From a bacterium (lineage in GTDB: Bacteria > SAR324 > JACQKK01), in contig OZ251219.1 in the NCBI GenBank assembly GCA_965240465.1, positions 1,440,001 through 1,504,000 of the forward strand: 64,000 nt of DNA, in the 5' to 3' direction. The position numbers and the translations under genes were made by a program. Shown piece by piece: positions 1 through 11,110 of this stretch. Position 1 is the first letter of the stretch. Each line of letters begins with the position of its first letter. Below the pieces are notes generated by a model. That model searched no databases. It worked only from the letters and a program-made list of their open reading frames with translations, and had not been told where the DNA came from.

Positions 1-1
1 A

Positions 2-754
2 TTTGCATTGTTGACCGGAATTACAAATCGTAGTTCTATTGCATTTGGGGTTGCCGAAGCCCTGAAAAAGCGTGGGGCACGGCTGGCATTAGGTTATTAT
101 CCTTTGAAAAAGGAGGGCTATGAGAAAAAACTACGCCACCTTATAGATGAACTGGCATTTGAACACATTGTACCCATGGACGTGAGTGATGTTGATTCCG
201 TCAAAGCTATGTTTCAAGTTTTGGGTAGTGAGTGGGGGCGGTTGGATATCATGGTGCATAGCTTGGCATCAGCAAAGCGTGAAGAATTAGGAGGAAGATA
301 TTCAGACATCTCGGAGGAGGGCTTTTCCTTGGCACATCGGATATCGGCTTATAGTTTGATAGAACTAACTCGTCATGCACGGACATTGATGAAAGGTGGC
401 GGTAGCATCTTAACGCTCTCGTATGTGGGTGCTCAGCGAGCTTGCCGTAATTATAATGTGATGGGAGCTGCCAAAGCTTCTCTGGAAGCCAGTGTACGCT
501 ATCTGGCTATGGAACTAGGACCTGAAAACATCCGAGTAAATGCGGTATCTGCAGGACCAATTCGCACGTTATCAGCCGCGGGTATTACTAATTTCTTTGA
601 TCTGCTACATAACGCGAAGGAAAAAAGCCCCTTAGGGCGAAACATTACCCAAAAAGAAGTCGGAGACGCATGTGTCTTTCTAGCCAGCAAGGCATCCTCT
701 GGGATTACAGGGCAAACCATATTTGTAGATGGAGGCTATAATATTTACGGCTAA
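2..754 (+). CDS. fabI: Enoyl-ACP reductase (NADH), 5' truncated by the window edge
   Basis: SDR fold: LTGITNRSSIAFGVA, YNVMGAAKASLE (YxxMxxxK), RVNAVSAGPIRTL, ITGQTIFVDGG. The frame is open to the window start. Confidence 0.93.
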   Translation, partial: FALLTGITNRSSIAFGVAEALKKRGARLALGYYPLKKEGYEKKLRHLIDELAFEHIVPMDVSDVDSVKAMFQVLGSEWGRLDIMVHSLASAKREELGGRYSDISEEGFSLAHRISAYSLIELTRHARTLMKGGGSILTLSYVGAQRACRNYNVMGAAKASLEASVRYLAMELGPENIRVNAVSAGPIRTLSAAGITNFFDLLHNAKEKSPLGRNITQKEVGDACVFLASKASSGITGQTIFVDGGYNIYG

Positions 755-886
755 TAATTTTATCAAAAATCAACCGTAAATGTTTAGGTCAGCACACCAA
801 TCTAGAGGTTAGAAACAACGCATGTGGCTTGTTATGCCACTGAAAGAAACATAATATGTAGTTAATCTAGCATTGAAATAGAATTA

Positions 887-3800
887 ATGGCCTTAAAAGA
901 TCAAAGGAGTAGCACTCCAGAAATTATTCGCAAGACTGTAGCTCTTGCAGAGAAATGGCAAAACATTGCAAATAGCCTACGCACCAAAGATGAACTAGCC
1001 CAGCAAAGCATGATGCGGTGCTTACTCAATCATCCGTCTGATAAGACTGTCTTGATGCACTTGATGGATCAGAGTTTTCGTTCTAAAAATCCAAGTCGGG
1101 TGGTGTCTCAGCTTTGCTATTTGCTAGAGCATTACAGTATTCCTAGCTTTTTTACCAACTTAGAAAAGCTATTACTCAAGGTATTTTTAAGGTTAGGTAG
1201 ATTTTTTCCCAGAATTTCTCATTCACAGATTTTGCAAAAAATACGCAAGACGACCCAGCATGTAATTATTCCTGAAGATCCAAAATTTCTACAGGCACAC
1301 TTGCAAAAAAGACGTTCTGAAGTTGTTCAGGTGAACCTAAATCATTTAGGTGAGTTAGTCCTTGGCGATGAAGAAGCACAAAACAGAGTACGGCAATATG
1401 GGAAATCTCTTTGCGACCCAGCCATACACACCATTTCTATCAAGATTTCTAATATTGTAGCCCAGATTCACCCTCTCGGTTTTGACGATGAATTAGACTT
1501 AATTTGCAAAAAACTGGCAGAACTTTACCACATTGCCATGGAACACCCAGTTATACACAGCGATGGCATTAAACGAACAAAATTTGTCAATCTGGACATG
1601 GAAGCCTACCACGATTTAGATTTAACAATGGTTGTTTTCATGCGGACGCTAAATAAACCAGAGTTTAAAAATTTACAGGCAGGCATTGTTTTACAGGCTT
1701 ACCTGCCAGATTCATTTTTACACCAACAGGAACTAGTAAAATGGGCTAAAAATAGGGTTGCTAACGGTGGTAGCCCAGTAAAGATGCGTTTGGTTAAGGG
1801 TGCAAATTTAGCTATGGAATCGTTTGAAGCTGCTGTGTGTGGTTGGCCGCTGACGGTTTTTGACTCCAAAATAGAAACAGACGCAAATTTTAAGCGGATG
1901 CTAGAATTTGGGCTACAAAAGGAAAACATTCCTGCTGTTAATCTGGGTTTAGCCTCGCACAATTTGTTTGATCTTGCTTATGCCTATAGTCTTATAGAAG
2001 AGCGTGGTATTTCCAAAGGCTTTGTTTTTGAGATGCTTGAAGGTATGGCAGACCACGTACGCCGAGCAATGCAAAATGGCTCACGCATGATCCCTAAAAA
2101 TGGCTCACAAAAAATATCAGCTATAAAAATGAAAAATCCAGAGATGCTCCTTTATACTCCGGTAGCAAACAAGGAGCAATTTGTGAATTCTATCGCCTAT
2201 CTGGTACGCAGGCTGGATGAGAATACTAGTCAGGATAATTTTTTGCGTTATTCCTTTGATATTAAAGTAGGATCTAAGGAATGGAAATTTCTTGAGAATC
2301 AGTTTATGTCTTCGTGGCAGATTAAGGATACAGTTTCATTTGCTCCACGGCGTCAACAGAATCGTGCTACAGAGGTGTTTTCCAAGGGGGTTGGTACATT
2401 TAATAATCCTGTTTTTTCTAACGAGCCAGACACCGACTGGGTACTACCTGCTAATCGAGAATGGGCTGAAACAATCCGCAAAAAATGGCAGCCAAATAAG
2501 CAAACTAAAACCGAAAACATTCCGCTTATAATTGGTAAAAATGTAGTAACCGCTGAGCGTAAGCAACAAATATTTATTGATCCCTCGCAACCAAAAATGC
2601 CTCCGCCATTTTCTGTGGCACTAGCTACAGAAGAAGATGTTAATAAATCTGTAAAAATTGCTAAGGACGATAGCTCAAATTGGCATAAAACAACCCTGAA
2701 AAAACGACATGAACTGCTTAGCAATGTCGCCAATAATTTAAGAAAGAAACGAGGAGACTTGATCGGAATGGCTGCCGCAGTTTGTGGCAAGACTTTCTAT
2801 GAGTCAGACCCCGAAATTTCTGAAGCAATTGATTTCGCTGAGTATTATCCACATTCTTTGCGTTTGATTGAAAGGCAGACTTCGCTAAAATTGCAACCGA
2901 TGGGGATAGTTTTGGTGATTCCTCCCTGGAATTTTCCGATTGCTATCCCCACTGGAGGAATTGTTGCAGCCTTAGCAACGGGCAATACAGTTTTATTTAA
3001 GCCATCTCCACTGGCATTTCCTTTGGGTAACTATATTGCTCAATGTTTCTGGGATGCTGGTATTCCTCGTGATGCCTTACAGGTAATTACTTGTGAGGAT
3101 GGCAAGCCTATTGAAACTCTCTCAGCACATCCCGATGTGAACGCAGTTATATTCACCGGAGGCACTAAAACCGCCTTGAAATTGCTTGAAAATCGTCCTG
3201 ATGTGGCATTATCAGCAGAAACAGGGGGTAAAAACGCCACCATCGTCACTGCTATGGCTGACCGTGATCAAGCAGTTGAGCATGTTCTGCATTCTGTTTT
3301 CAGCTACAGCGGGCAAAAATGTTCGGCGACTTCACTGCTTATTTTGGAAAGTGAAGTCTATGAAGATACTATTTTTCGCAAGCAATTACTGGATGCTATT
3401 AAAACCCTGCAAGTCGGTTCTGTTTGGGATTTTTCTAATAAAATGGGACCACTTATACGAGAACCAATGGAAAATTTAAAAAGAGGGTTGGAAAATTTGG
3501 ATGATGGAGAAAGCTGGGCTTTGAAATCAAAGTGCGACAAAAGCAATCCAAAACTTTGGCATCCTGCTGTCAAATGGGGTGTACAGCGTGGGAGTTTTTC
3601 ACATCAAACCGAATTTTTTGGGCCATTGCTTTCAGTAATGAAAGCCGATTCACTGGAGGATGCGATTGCTATCGCTAATGACACGGATTACGGTTTAACT
3701 TCTGGGTTGGAAAGTTTAGATCCCCGCGAGCAAAAAATATGGTCTGAGAAAATCGCTGCAGGAAATCTTTACATTAACCGAGTAACCACGGGGGCGATTG

Positions 3801-4573
3801 TCTTGCGCCAGCCCTTTGGGGGAATTGGTTATTCTGCGATTGGAGCAGGTATCAAGGCGGGTAGCCCTAATTATGTCTTACAGTTCTGCAACATAAAGGA
3901 AGGCAATACTCCCACTCAAGGCAAAATAAATAATGAATTAGAACTATATTTGATTGCTAAGGACTTGCATAAACTAGAACGAAGTAAATATCCAGAGTTC
4001 AGGGATGATTTGCAAAAAACCGTGCGGGCGATTAATAGTTGCTTATATCAATACGAGCAGGAATTTTCTAAAGAGCAAGATTTTTTCCGTTTGCGTGGGC
4101 AAGATAATTTATTCCGTTATCTTCCGATTGGGAAAGTATGTGTACGCTTACACGCAGAAGACGGTTTGTTTGAGGTGCTGATACGCATTACCGCTGCACG
4201 AATTGCCAAATGCCAAGTGGAAATGAGTGTTCCTCTGGACTTAAAAAACTCAGTTACTGAATTTATAGCCAGCAAGGAAGGCAAACACTTCTGCCATTTG
4301 GTAGTGTACCATACTGAAACCGATGAAAAACTGGCAGGACGCATTGCTGAAATAGATAGAGTGCGTTATGCCCATCCTGACCGTGTCCCTAGCATTGTCT
4401 ACCAAGCTGCCGCCAAACTAGGCAAGTACGTCTCCCGAGATATACCACTGGCTGAGGGACGTATTGAAGTATTACGCTATATGCGTGAACAAAGTCTGTC
4501 TATAGATTATCACCGCTACGGTAATTTGGGAGAACGGGAGGACAAAATCGACTCAGCTTGCCAAAAAGTGTAA
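887..4573 (+). CDS. putA: Bifunctional proline dehydrogenase / P5C dehydrogenase, no obvious N-terminal RHH domain
   Basis: PRODH motifs NLDMEAY, GIVLQAYL, RLVKGAN, ASHN, FEMLEGM, YLVRRLDEN. ALDH motifs PPWNFP, FTGGT, AETGGKN, GQKCSA, EFFGP. Confidence 0.95.
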   Translation: MALKDQRSSTPEIIRKTVALAEKWQNIANSLRTKDELAQQSMMRCLLNHPSDKTVLMHLMDQSFRSKNPSRVVSQLCYLLEHYSIPSFFTNLEKLLLKVFLRLGRFFPRISHSQILQKIRKTTQHVIIPEDPKFLQAHLQKRRSEVVQVNLNHLGELVLGDEEAQNRVRQYGKSLCDPAIHTISIKISNIVAQIHPLGFDDELDLICKKLAELYHIAMEHPVIHSDGIKRTKFVNLDMEAYHDLDLTMVVFMRTLNKPEFKNLQAGIVLQAYLPDSFLHQQELVKWAKNRVANGGSPVKMRLVKGANLAMESFEAAVCGWPLTVFDSKIETDANFKRMLEFGLQKENIPAVNLGLASHNLFDLAYAYSLIEERGISKGFVFEMLEGMADHVRRAMQNGSRMIPKNGSQKISAIKMKNPEMLLYTPVANKEQFVNSIAYLVRRLDENTSQDNFLRYSFDIKVGSKEWKFLENQFMSSWQIKDTVSFAPRRQQNRATEVFSKGVGTFNNPVFSNEPDTDWVLPANREWAETIRKKWQPNKQTKTENIPLIIGKNVVTAERKQQIFIDPSQPKMPPPFSVALATEEDVNKSVKIAKDDSSNWHKTTLKKRHELLSNVANNLRKKRGDLIGMAAAVCGKTFYESDPEISEAIDFAEYYPHSLRLIERQTSLKLQPMGIVLVIPPWNFPIAIPTGGIVAALATGNTVLFKPSPLAFPLGNYIAQCFWDAGIPRDALQVITCEDGKPIETLSAHPDVNAVIFTGGTKTALKLLENRPDVALSAETGGKNATIVTAMADRDQAVEHVLHSVFSYSGQKCSATSLLILESEVYEDTIFRKQLLDAIKTLQVGSVWDFSNKMGPLIREPMENLKRGLENLDDGESWALKSKCDKSNPKLWHPAVKWGVQRGSFSHQTEFFGPLLSVMKADSLEDAIAIANDTDYGLTSGLESLDPREQKIWSEKIAAGNLYINRVTTGAIVLRQPFGGIGYSAIGAGIKAGSPNYVLQFCNIKEGNTPTQGKINNELELYLIAKDLHKLERSKYPEFRDDLQKTVRAINSCLYQYEQEFSKEQDFFRLRGQDNLFRYLPIGKVCVRLHAEDGLFEVLIRITAARIAKCQVEMSVPLDLKNSVTEFIASKEGKHFCHLVVYHTETDEKLAGRIAEIDRVRYAHPDRVPSIVYQAAAKLGKYVSRDIPLAEGRIEVLRYMREQSLSIDYHRYGNLGEREDKIDSACQKV

Positions 4574-4592
4574 GTCAAAAGATAAGTAATCT

Positions 4593-5039
4593 CTAATTCT
4601 CATCTAAAATAGCACCCTTAGTGAGAATGACACAGCCATAAGGCCTTGTTTCTGTGGTGGCAAACACGGCAAATGCAGATTTAACTTGATGATAAAATTG
4701 AAAGCGTTCCAGGTGCTTAGGCTGGATCTTGGATGGCGTGGGTATCATCTGGGAACACGCCCTGGATATTTCTAACAAATCTTGGACAGCAGCAGGTACA
4801 AGGGAATTATCTACGGTTTGCATGAATTTTATAGGGTGTTCTGTGAAGGCATCTACGGGCATGATGGAAAGAACGGCCTTGGTTACCTCGCAGGCTGGGC
4901 AGCTCAGGTACACCAGTTTTTTAGCCATGGAAGCGGCAGGAAAATTACTGTCTACAATGGCCAGCTCGTCTCCATGTCCCATGGAAGCAAGGATGTAAAG
5001 GGCTTCAGCATTGATGATAGGGGGAATGTTTATAAGCAT
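4593..5039 (-). CDS. RbsD/FucU family sugar mutarotase
   Basis: LASMGHGDELAIVDSNFPA, ERFQFY and TTETRPYGCVILTKG match the family signature. Confidence 0.88.
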   Translation of the reverse strand: MLINIPPIINAEALYILASMGHGDELAIVDSNFPAASMAKKLVYLSCPACEVTKAVLSIMPVDAFTEHPIKFMQTVDNSLVPAAVQDLLEISRACSQMIPTPSKIQPKHLERFQFYHQVKSAFAVFATTETRPYGCVILTKGAILDEN

Positions 5040-5209
5040 GTCATTATTATTTAAGAACAGTGTAATTATATTTTATTTCTCAGATGAACAACCAGATACT
5101 GCTACTGAGCAAGGGCAACATCCTTGATAAGACAGGCAAGAAATCGTAGCATGGAATAACTTGAATTAGCATTCTCATATTAATCACTCTGTGTTCTAAA
5201 CTATCAATA

Positions 5210-5584
5210 ATGATTAACTTAACCGAAAACGCAGCTAAAGAAATACGTAAGATTAGAATTAATGAGCACCTGGATGACAGTGTGCCTATTCGTATTGGAG
5301 TAAAAGCTGGTGGTTGCTCAGGATTCACCTACACTTTTGACTTTGATAGTCGTAAAACAAAATTTGATATGGAATTCAAATCGCAAGGAATGAATATCAT
5401 CGTAGACAAAAAAAGCCTTCTTTATATTAATGGTACCATCGTTGACTGGAGCTATAACCTTGCTAATAGAGGTCTGGTTTTTAATAATCCTTGTGCCAAA
5501 GGGTCATGCGGATGCAGTACATCTTTTATCTTTGAACCAGAACTTAAAGAAAAAGATGTTCCCATACTTCAGTTTAAATTCTAG
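5210..5584 (+). CDS. IscA/HesB A-type Fe-S cluster carrier
   Basis: MINLTENA, GGCSGFTY, NPCAKGSCGCSTSF. Confidence 0.92.
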   Translation: MINLTENAAKEIRKIRINEHLDDSVPIRIGVKAGGCSGFTYTFDFDSRKTKFDMEFKSQGMNIIVDKKSLLYINGTIVDWSYNLANRGLVFNNPCAKGSCGCSTSFIFEPELKEKDVPILQFKF

Positions 5585-5604
5585 CCCGAAACCAAGTTAC
5601 ATTC

Positions 5605-6051
5605 ATGGCTGATATCCTGCTACTAAATGGTCCTAACCTTAATTTGCTAGGCAAGCGTCAACCAGAAATATATGGACATCATACCCTCAAGCAAATAACC
5701 CAAGCCGTTGACGAAGTAGTCTCGATAGCAGGGCACAAACTAACTGCCTTCCAATCTAACCACGAAGGACAACTAATTGACTTTATTCATAAAAATAGCG
5801 AAGCTCAGTTCTTACTACTAAACGCGGCAGCTTTCACTCATACCAGCATTGCTCTTAGGGATGCGGTCAAGTTCACCAGCATTCCCTTTGTAGAAATCCA
5901 TCTTTCTAATGTTTACAAAAGAGAACCTTTTAGGCATAGCTCATTTTTCTCTGACATCTCCCAAAGTCTGATTTGTGGTTGTGGGTACTTTGGCTATGTT
6001 CTTGCGGCTCAATTCGCGGTACATTTTCTGGAAAACAAGACGAAGATCTAA
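5605..6051 (+). CDS. aroQ: Type II 3-dehydroquinate dehydratase
   Basis: LLNGPNLNLLGKRQPEIYG, QSNHEG, THTSIALRDA, EIHLSNVYKREPFRHSS. Confidence 0.96.
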   Translation: MADILLLNGPNLNLLGKRQPEIYGHHTLKQITQAVDEVVSIAGHKLTAFQSNHEGQLIDFIHKNSEAQFLLLNAAAFTHTSIALRDAVKFTSIPFVEIHLSNVYKREPFRHSSFFSDISQSLICGCGYFGYVLAAQFAVHFLENKTKI

Positions 6052-6148
6052 ATTACAATATGCCGATCTTTTTTGTACACAACTACTATCTCTAGTAAGA
6101 AAGTAGCTATATCTACCTATTATGTTTCCTAACGCAGCAAAAATAGCC

Positions 6149-7138
6149 TTAAAATGCATCGGCAAGGGCTTGTGCAGTGCTGTGGCGGGCATACCGAAGG
6201 GCTGAGTTCACAGATTTCCAACGCCCGTGTTTGGCAATGATAAACGGTGATTTTTGTTGCTCAACCAAATAAGTTGCCCCACCCGCTCGCAAAGAGTGTC
6301 CTCCAAATTGCGATGGATCTTCACCTGCTTGTTGGGCTGTTTTTTTTACAAGGCTATCTACGAAAGCTGATGAAAGTGGTTTCATAACTGCAGAATTATT
6401 CTTTATATGACAGAATAGCGGTCCATTCGTAATATGTGACAACTTCATCCATTGTTGGAGAGCTAGCACAGGGCAAAGGTGAGGGCGTTTTTTGGCTTGA
6501 ATAATATCTACCCAAGCTCCAGCACTTTCTTGGTCAGTTTTAGAATGAGAGAGGAACACTTGAATTCCATGAGGTGATTTACGTAATTGATCAGCCTTTA
6601 GAGACACAATCTCCGAACGGCGTAGGCAACCCACAAACCCCAATAGAAGTAAGGCCTTATTACGTTGTCCTCGCAAGGTCTGGGGGAAAGCACGAGGAAA
6701 GGCAATCTCTAAATGGTTTAAGGTTAGCGGTGCTTGTTGCTTTCTACGTACCCCCTTTCTACGGCGAATACCTGCCAATGCAGTTTGGATGCGTAGTGTT
6801 TCCCCCGGCGATGGAAATTCTCGCAAACGGTGGACAGTATTTATAGCCCACAAAGCCTGTGCCACACTGCTGGTACGCATGCCATTGCGTATCACCTTAC
6901 CAGAACGATCCAATACTGGGTGGACATCGGCTAGGTACAATAAAAAAGCCTCCAGCACTTCCTCTCTTGCAGGTAGTGCTTGTACCAAACGCTTTTCACA
7001 CCATCCTTTAAATAGATTCCAGTTTTTAAACAGAGCTCTCTGAGTTTCTAATGCCTTAGATGCCGCTCGATTGGCACGAACCCATTCCAAGGGGACTAAG
7101 GAATCAATTTTTCTTTTTGAAACTGTAGATATCTTCAT
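6149..7138 (-). CDS. Cre-like tyrosine recombinase
   Basis: Catalytic set is intact: R (GCLRRSE), K (HSKTDQ), HxxR (GHSLRAG), W (GRWKS), Y (LRYAR). N-terminal core-binding domain WNLFKGWC. Confidence 0.9.
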   Translation of the reverse strand: MKISTVSKRKIDSLVPLEWVRANRAASKALETQRALFKNWNLFKGWCEKRLVQALPAREEVLEAFLLYLADVHPVLDRSGKVIRNGMRTSSVAQALWAINTVHRLREFPSPGETLRIQTALAGIRRRKGVRRKQQAPLTLNHLEIAFPRAFPQTLRGQRNKALLLLGFVGCLRRSEIVSLKADQLRKSPHGIQVFLSHSKTDQESAGAWVDIIQAKKRPHLCPVLALQQWMKLSHITNGPLFCHIKNNSAVMKPLSSAFVDSLVKKTAQQAGEDPSQFGGHSLRAGGATYLVEQQKSPFIIAKHGRWKSVNSALRYARHSTAQALADAF

Positions 7139-7194
7139 TTTTTGCCTTCCTTGGCTAATATAAACTTAACTGGCCAGTACCATAACATTTTCTG

Positions 7195-7212
7195 CGGTAA
7201 TGTCAATTACCG
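7195..7212. repeat. Palindrome CGGTAAT-gtca-ATTACCG; candidate recombinase binding or crossover site
   Basis: Perfect 7-bp inverted repeat with a TAA-N6-TTA core resembling dif (TAA-TGTATA-TTA), about 57 bp upstream of the recombinase start. Confidence 0.45.
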
Positions 7213-7542
7213 AAGGTCTTTTCAATAAAAAACACAATATTCCTCCAGAGGTTTGCTTATCTTTATAAAATAAGCAATATAAGCCTCTACAGTCCTTTTA
7301 TATCTTCCCTTATAGTTTTACACCAAGAATACTCATTAAAGCCTCTTCAATGCATTATAAACAGCTTTTTTATATGGAAGTCACAGCATAAATTTTTGAA
7401 ACTCATCACACTGGCGGCACCGTATCTACATGTAATATCGTTGTTACATGCTTTAACAAGAAGGGAAGCGACAGAAACAACAAGCTGCTAGAAACAGCAA
7501 GTTGCTAATAATGAATTATTTTGACCGAGCTTAGAGCTAAAA

Positions 7543-9951
7543 TTAGGAAGAAGAAGTATATGCAGACGGAATATGCACAGGTTTGCTTGGGAGTATGGTA
7601 TCGCTGGATGGTGTGGGAGCAGGGGTCATTGGTTTGGGAACGCTTTCCAAGGCTAGTTCAAGGTATTCAAATACATTTTGCAATGGTGTAATTCTAATTC
7701 CGTTTTGAATTTCTTTGGGAATTTCAGAGATGTCTTTTTCGTTTTCAAGGGGGATGAGAGCTTGGGTTACGCCGCCGCGTCTGGCAGCCAGCAGTTTTTC
7801 TTTGAGTCCCCCGATTTGAAGCACTTTTCCGTGCAGAGTGACTTCGCCTGTCATGGCTATTTCATTCTTCACGGGGATACCTGTAAAAGCACTAACGATA
7901 GACGTTACTAGAGTTACACCTGCTGAAGGCCCGTCTTTAGGAATAGCACCTTCTGGAAAATGGATGTGAACATCTTTATTTTTGAATTCGCTAGCACAAA
8001 TACCCAAGGCGTTAGCGTTGGCACGGACATAGCTGATAGCTGCTTGAACAGATTCTTTCATTACCCCGCCAAGGCTACCCGTGCAGATGAGTTGATTGTC
8101 GCCGGGCATTAGAGCTGTTTCCACAAACAATAGATCGCCACCAGCTTGTGTCCATGCCATGCCATTAGCTACGCCAACCTCATTTTGTTGGCCGATATGG
8201 TCATACTTAAAGATAGGGACGCCCAGGAACTCTTTGACTTTTCTTGCAGAAACACTGATTTTCTTGGTATCTGGGTTCATGACAATTTTGGTAGCTACTT
8301 TGCGCATGATTTTTGATATCTGCCTTTCCAGATTACGTACTCCTGCCTCACGCGTGTAGTGACGAATTATTTCCAAAGTAGCATCTTTTTGGAAATCAAT
8401 AGCTTCTACTCGGAGGCCTGTTTCTTCTCGTTGTTTAGCTAGTAGGTGTTTGTGAGCAATGTGTTCTTTTTCTATTTCTGTGTATCCCGATAAAGATATA
8501 ATCTCCATGCGGTCTATTAAAGCTGGTGGAATGCTTGAGGCATCATTGGCGGTACAGAAGAAGAGCACATCTGAGAGGTCATATTCTATTTCTAGATAAT
8601 GGTCCATAAAGCTTTGATTTTGTTCGGGGTCAAGTACTTCCAGCAGGGCGGCGGCAGGATCTCCCATGACACCATTTGTCATTTTATCTACTTCATCCAG
8701 CAACATGAGGGGATTATTGCTACCCGCTTTGCGTAAAGACTGGATAATCTTGCCCGGCAAAGCACCAATATAGGTGCGTCTATGCCCATTAATCTCTGAC
8801 TCATCGCGGATGCCCCCCAGACTCATGCGAGCAAATTTTCTGCCCAGGGCACGTGCCACTGATTTTGCCAGCGATGTCTTACCCACCCCAGGAGCTCCTA
8901 CCAAGCAGATAATCTGTCCCCGCATACGTCCTACCCGCTTGGCAACAGCTAGATATTCCACAATTCGCTCTTTGACTTTATCCAGTCCGTGATGATCTTC
9001 GTTGAGAACTGTTTCTGCATGGGCGATATCTAGATTATCCTTTGTTTTAGTTTCCCAAGGCATGCTCAGTAGGACATCCAGATAACTACGTACCACATTC
9101 GCCTCTGCCGACATGGGAGACATAATCCTCAGTTTTTTTATTTCTTTTTGGGCTACTTTATAGGCTTCTTGAGAAAGTTTCTTTTTTTTCAACTTCTTTG
9201 TGTAGTTTTCCAATTCAGCCTTGCCGTCATCGCTATTGCCTAGCTCTCGCTGGATGGCTTTAATTTGCTCATTTAGATAGTACTCCTTTTGCGTCCGTCC
9301 GATCTGACCCTGTACACGCTCCTTTAAGCGTTTTTCTAGTTTCTTAATACCTACCTCTTCCAGCATACGCTCAAAGACCTGTTGTAAGCGCTTTTGAGAA
9401 TCAAATTCCTCCAGCAGGTTTTGCTTTTTCTGTAAATCAAAGCTCAAAAGAGGCACAATCTTATCTGCCATTAAGTGAGGTTGATTAACATCCAGCGACA
9501 ATTGATCCAGGCTATCCGTGTTGCGTTTGATATCACGTAGATAAGATTCCAGTTCAGACATGGTGGCCTTGGCTAGTGCAATAGATTCAGTACCCAAAAC
9601 CTTCGGTTCGCGAACTGGCTCTACTTCAGCCCGAAAATATGCTGAACTAGTATATGCCTTTATTAACCGTCCCCGAGAATGGGCTTCAAACAAAGCCTTG
9701 ACCGTGCCATTCGGTAGCCGCATAATTTGTAGTACTACTCCAATTGTTCCTACTCGGTACAAATCATCCTCTGATGGATTTTCCAGCATCGGGTCTTTCT
9801 GGGCAACTACAAAAATCTCCCTATCCAACTTCAGTGCTTCTTCCAGTGCTTCCATTGATCTTTTGCGACCAATAAAAAACGGGGTGGTCATTTGCGGAAA
9901 GACCACGATATCCCGCATGGGTAACATTGGTAATTGCGTTGTTTTTATCAT
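7543..9951 (-). CDS. lon: Lon ATP-dependent protease
   Basis: [14 protein letters not shown]-domain, Walker [25 protein letters not shown] catalytic Ser, [11 protein letters not shown]. Confidence 0.98.
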   Translation of the reverse strand: MIKTTQLPMLPMRDIVVFPQMTTPFFIGRKRSMEALEEALKLDREIFVVAQKDPMLENPSEDDLYRVGTIGVVLQIMRLPNGTVKALFEAHSRGRLIKAYTSSAYFRAEVEPVREPKVLGTESIALAKATMSELESYLRDIKRNTDSLDQLSLDVNQPHLMADKIVPLLSFDLQKKQNLLEEFDSQKRLQQVFERMLEEVGIKKLEKRLKERVQGQIGRTQKEYYLNEQIKAIQRELGNSDDGKAELENYTKKLKKKKLSQEAYKVAQKEIKKLRIMSPMSAEANVVRSYLDVLLSMPWETKTKDNLDIAHAETVLNEDHHGLDKVKERIVEYLAVAKRVGRMRGQIICLVGAPGVGKTSLAKSVARALGRKFARMSLGGIRDESEINGHRRTYIGALPGKIIQSLRKAGSNNPLMLLDEVDKMTNGVMGDPAAALLEVLDPEQNQSFMDHYLEIEYDLSDVLFFCTANDASSIPPALIDRMEIISLSGYTEIEKEHIAHKHLLAKQREETGLRVEAIDFQKDATLEIIRHYTREAGVRNLERQISKIMRKVATKIVMNPDTKKISVSARKVKEFLGVPIFKYDHIGQQNEVGVANGMAWTQAGGDLLFVETALMPGDNQLICTGSLGGVMKESVQAAISYVRANANALGICASEFKNKDVHIHFPEGAIPKDGPSAGVTLVTSIVSAFTGIPVKNEIAMTGEVTLHGKVLQIGGLKEKLLAARRGGVTQALIPLENEKDISEIPKEIQNGIRITPLQNVFEYLELALESVPKPMTPAPTPSSDTILPSKPVHIPSAYTSSS

Positions 9952-10035
9952 AGTGTCTCTTTAAGAGAGTGTTTTAGAGTATTCCTTATGCTCATATGTT
10001 GCCTACTTGCAACAAATGACCCACTCTTGATTTAA

Positions 10036-10064
10036 ATTATAGCCTCGCTTTTGCCAGCTGTCAA
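10036..10064 (-). promoter_or_regulatory. Consensus sigma70 promoter for lon
   Basis: Minus strand reads TTGACA-N17-TATAAT exactly (10064-10059 and 10041-10036), about 85 bp upstream of the lon ATG. Confidence 0.8.
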
Positions 10065-10210
10065 AGGATTGTGTACCAATATTTCTAACCCTATTACAAA
10101 AGGCAAGGAGCAAAAACATACCGAAGTCATTTATTAAGTTCACATTAGTCCTAAAAAACTTGCGGGGAGGGAGTATTTGTGGCTATTCTGACGGTAGGGC
10201 TACATATTTT

Positions 10211-10579
10211 ATGGGTATTATGTTATCACAGCAATATATTCCTATTGTTTTTTTAGTGGTGGTTGCCTGTGGAATTGCCACTGTCTTTTCTGTAGCGGGT
10301 GTTTTAGTAGGTCCCAAATTGAACAAGGGGGCAAAACTGATGCCTTTTGAGTCGGGTATGCCATCGACAGGATCTGAATATCGGCGTTATAGTGTACGTT
10401 TTTATATGGTGGCATTGGCGTTCTTGATTTTTGACGTAGAGATTGTCTTTTTTTATCCTTGGGCGGTACGTTTTAGGGAGTTTGGCTGGCCTGCTTTTTG
10501 TGCGATGGGTATATTCTTTTTGGTATTGCTGTTGGGATTGGCTTATGATTGGCGAAAAGGAGCTTTAGAGTGGGAATGA
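10211..10579 (+). CDS. nuoA: NADH-quinone oxidoreductase subunit A (start 10211 or 10220)
   Basis: PFESGM, RFYMVALAFLIFDVEIVFFYPWA, WRKGALEWE. Confidence 0.95.
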   Translation: MGIMLSQQYIPIVFLVVVACGIATVFSVAGVLVGPKLNKGAKLMPFESGMPSTGSEYRRYSVRFYMVALAFLIFDVEIVFFYPWAVRFREFGWPAFCAMGIFFLVLLLGLAYDWRKGALEWE

Positions 10580-11097
10580 AACTGCCTTTTAGTGAACAAT
10601 TCTTTACCAGCAAACTAAGTGATGTTGTCAATTGGGCGAGAAAATACTCCCTGTTCCAATACCCTTTTGTGACTGCCTGCTGTGGCATGGAATTCATGGC
10701 TGTTTACGGTGCTCATTATGATGGGGCACGTTTTGGCTGTGAGGTTCCGAGGTTTTCTCCACGCCAGTCTGATCTGTTATTTGTGGTAGGCACAGTGAAT
10801 CACAAAATGGCACCCATCCTCAAGCGTGTTTATGAACAAATGGCTGAACCTAAATGGGTGATTGCCTTTGGTGCTTGTGCTTCTTCAGGAGGTTTTTACC
10901 AAAACTATGCTGCCGTGCCCGGCATTGACCGCATTATTCCTGTGGATGTTTATATCGCTGGCTGTCCACCTCGTCCAGAGGCTGTACTGGATGGCATCAT
11001 TGCCTTGCAAAATCTGATTCAAGAAAAAGGCCCTCGCGGTCCTAGGGCAATTAACCCCAGAGGAGATGAAGAACCCATCAACCTCAGCCGTGAATAA
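10576..11097 (+). CDS. nuoB: NADH-quinone oxidoreductase subunit B
   Basis: TACCGMEF, SPRQSD, GACASSGG, GCPPRPE. ATGA overlap with nuoA. Confidence 0.96.
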   Translation: MKLPFSEQFFTSKLSDVVNWARKYSLFQYPFVTACCGMEFMAVYGAHYDGARFGCEVPRFSPRQSDLLFVVGTVNHKMAPILKRVYEQMAEPKWVIAFGACASSGGFYQNYAAVPGIDRIIPVDVYIAGCPPRPEAVLDGIIALQNLIQEKGPRGPRAINPRGDEEPINLSRE

Positions 11098-11110
11098 CCG
11101 ATAAAAAACG

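Noticed and set aside
4593-5039. Sugar utilisation locus around the RbsD/FucU gene
   Set aside because: No transporter, kinase or regulator is adjacent; it is an isolated gene.
6149-7138. Cre-like recombinase as the integrase of the phage cluster
   Set aside because: It is more than 40 kb away, separated by core genes, and no shared sites were seen.
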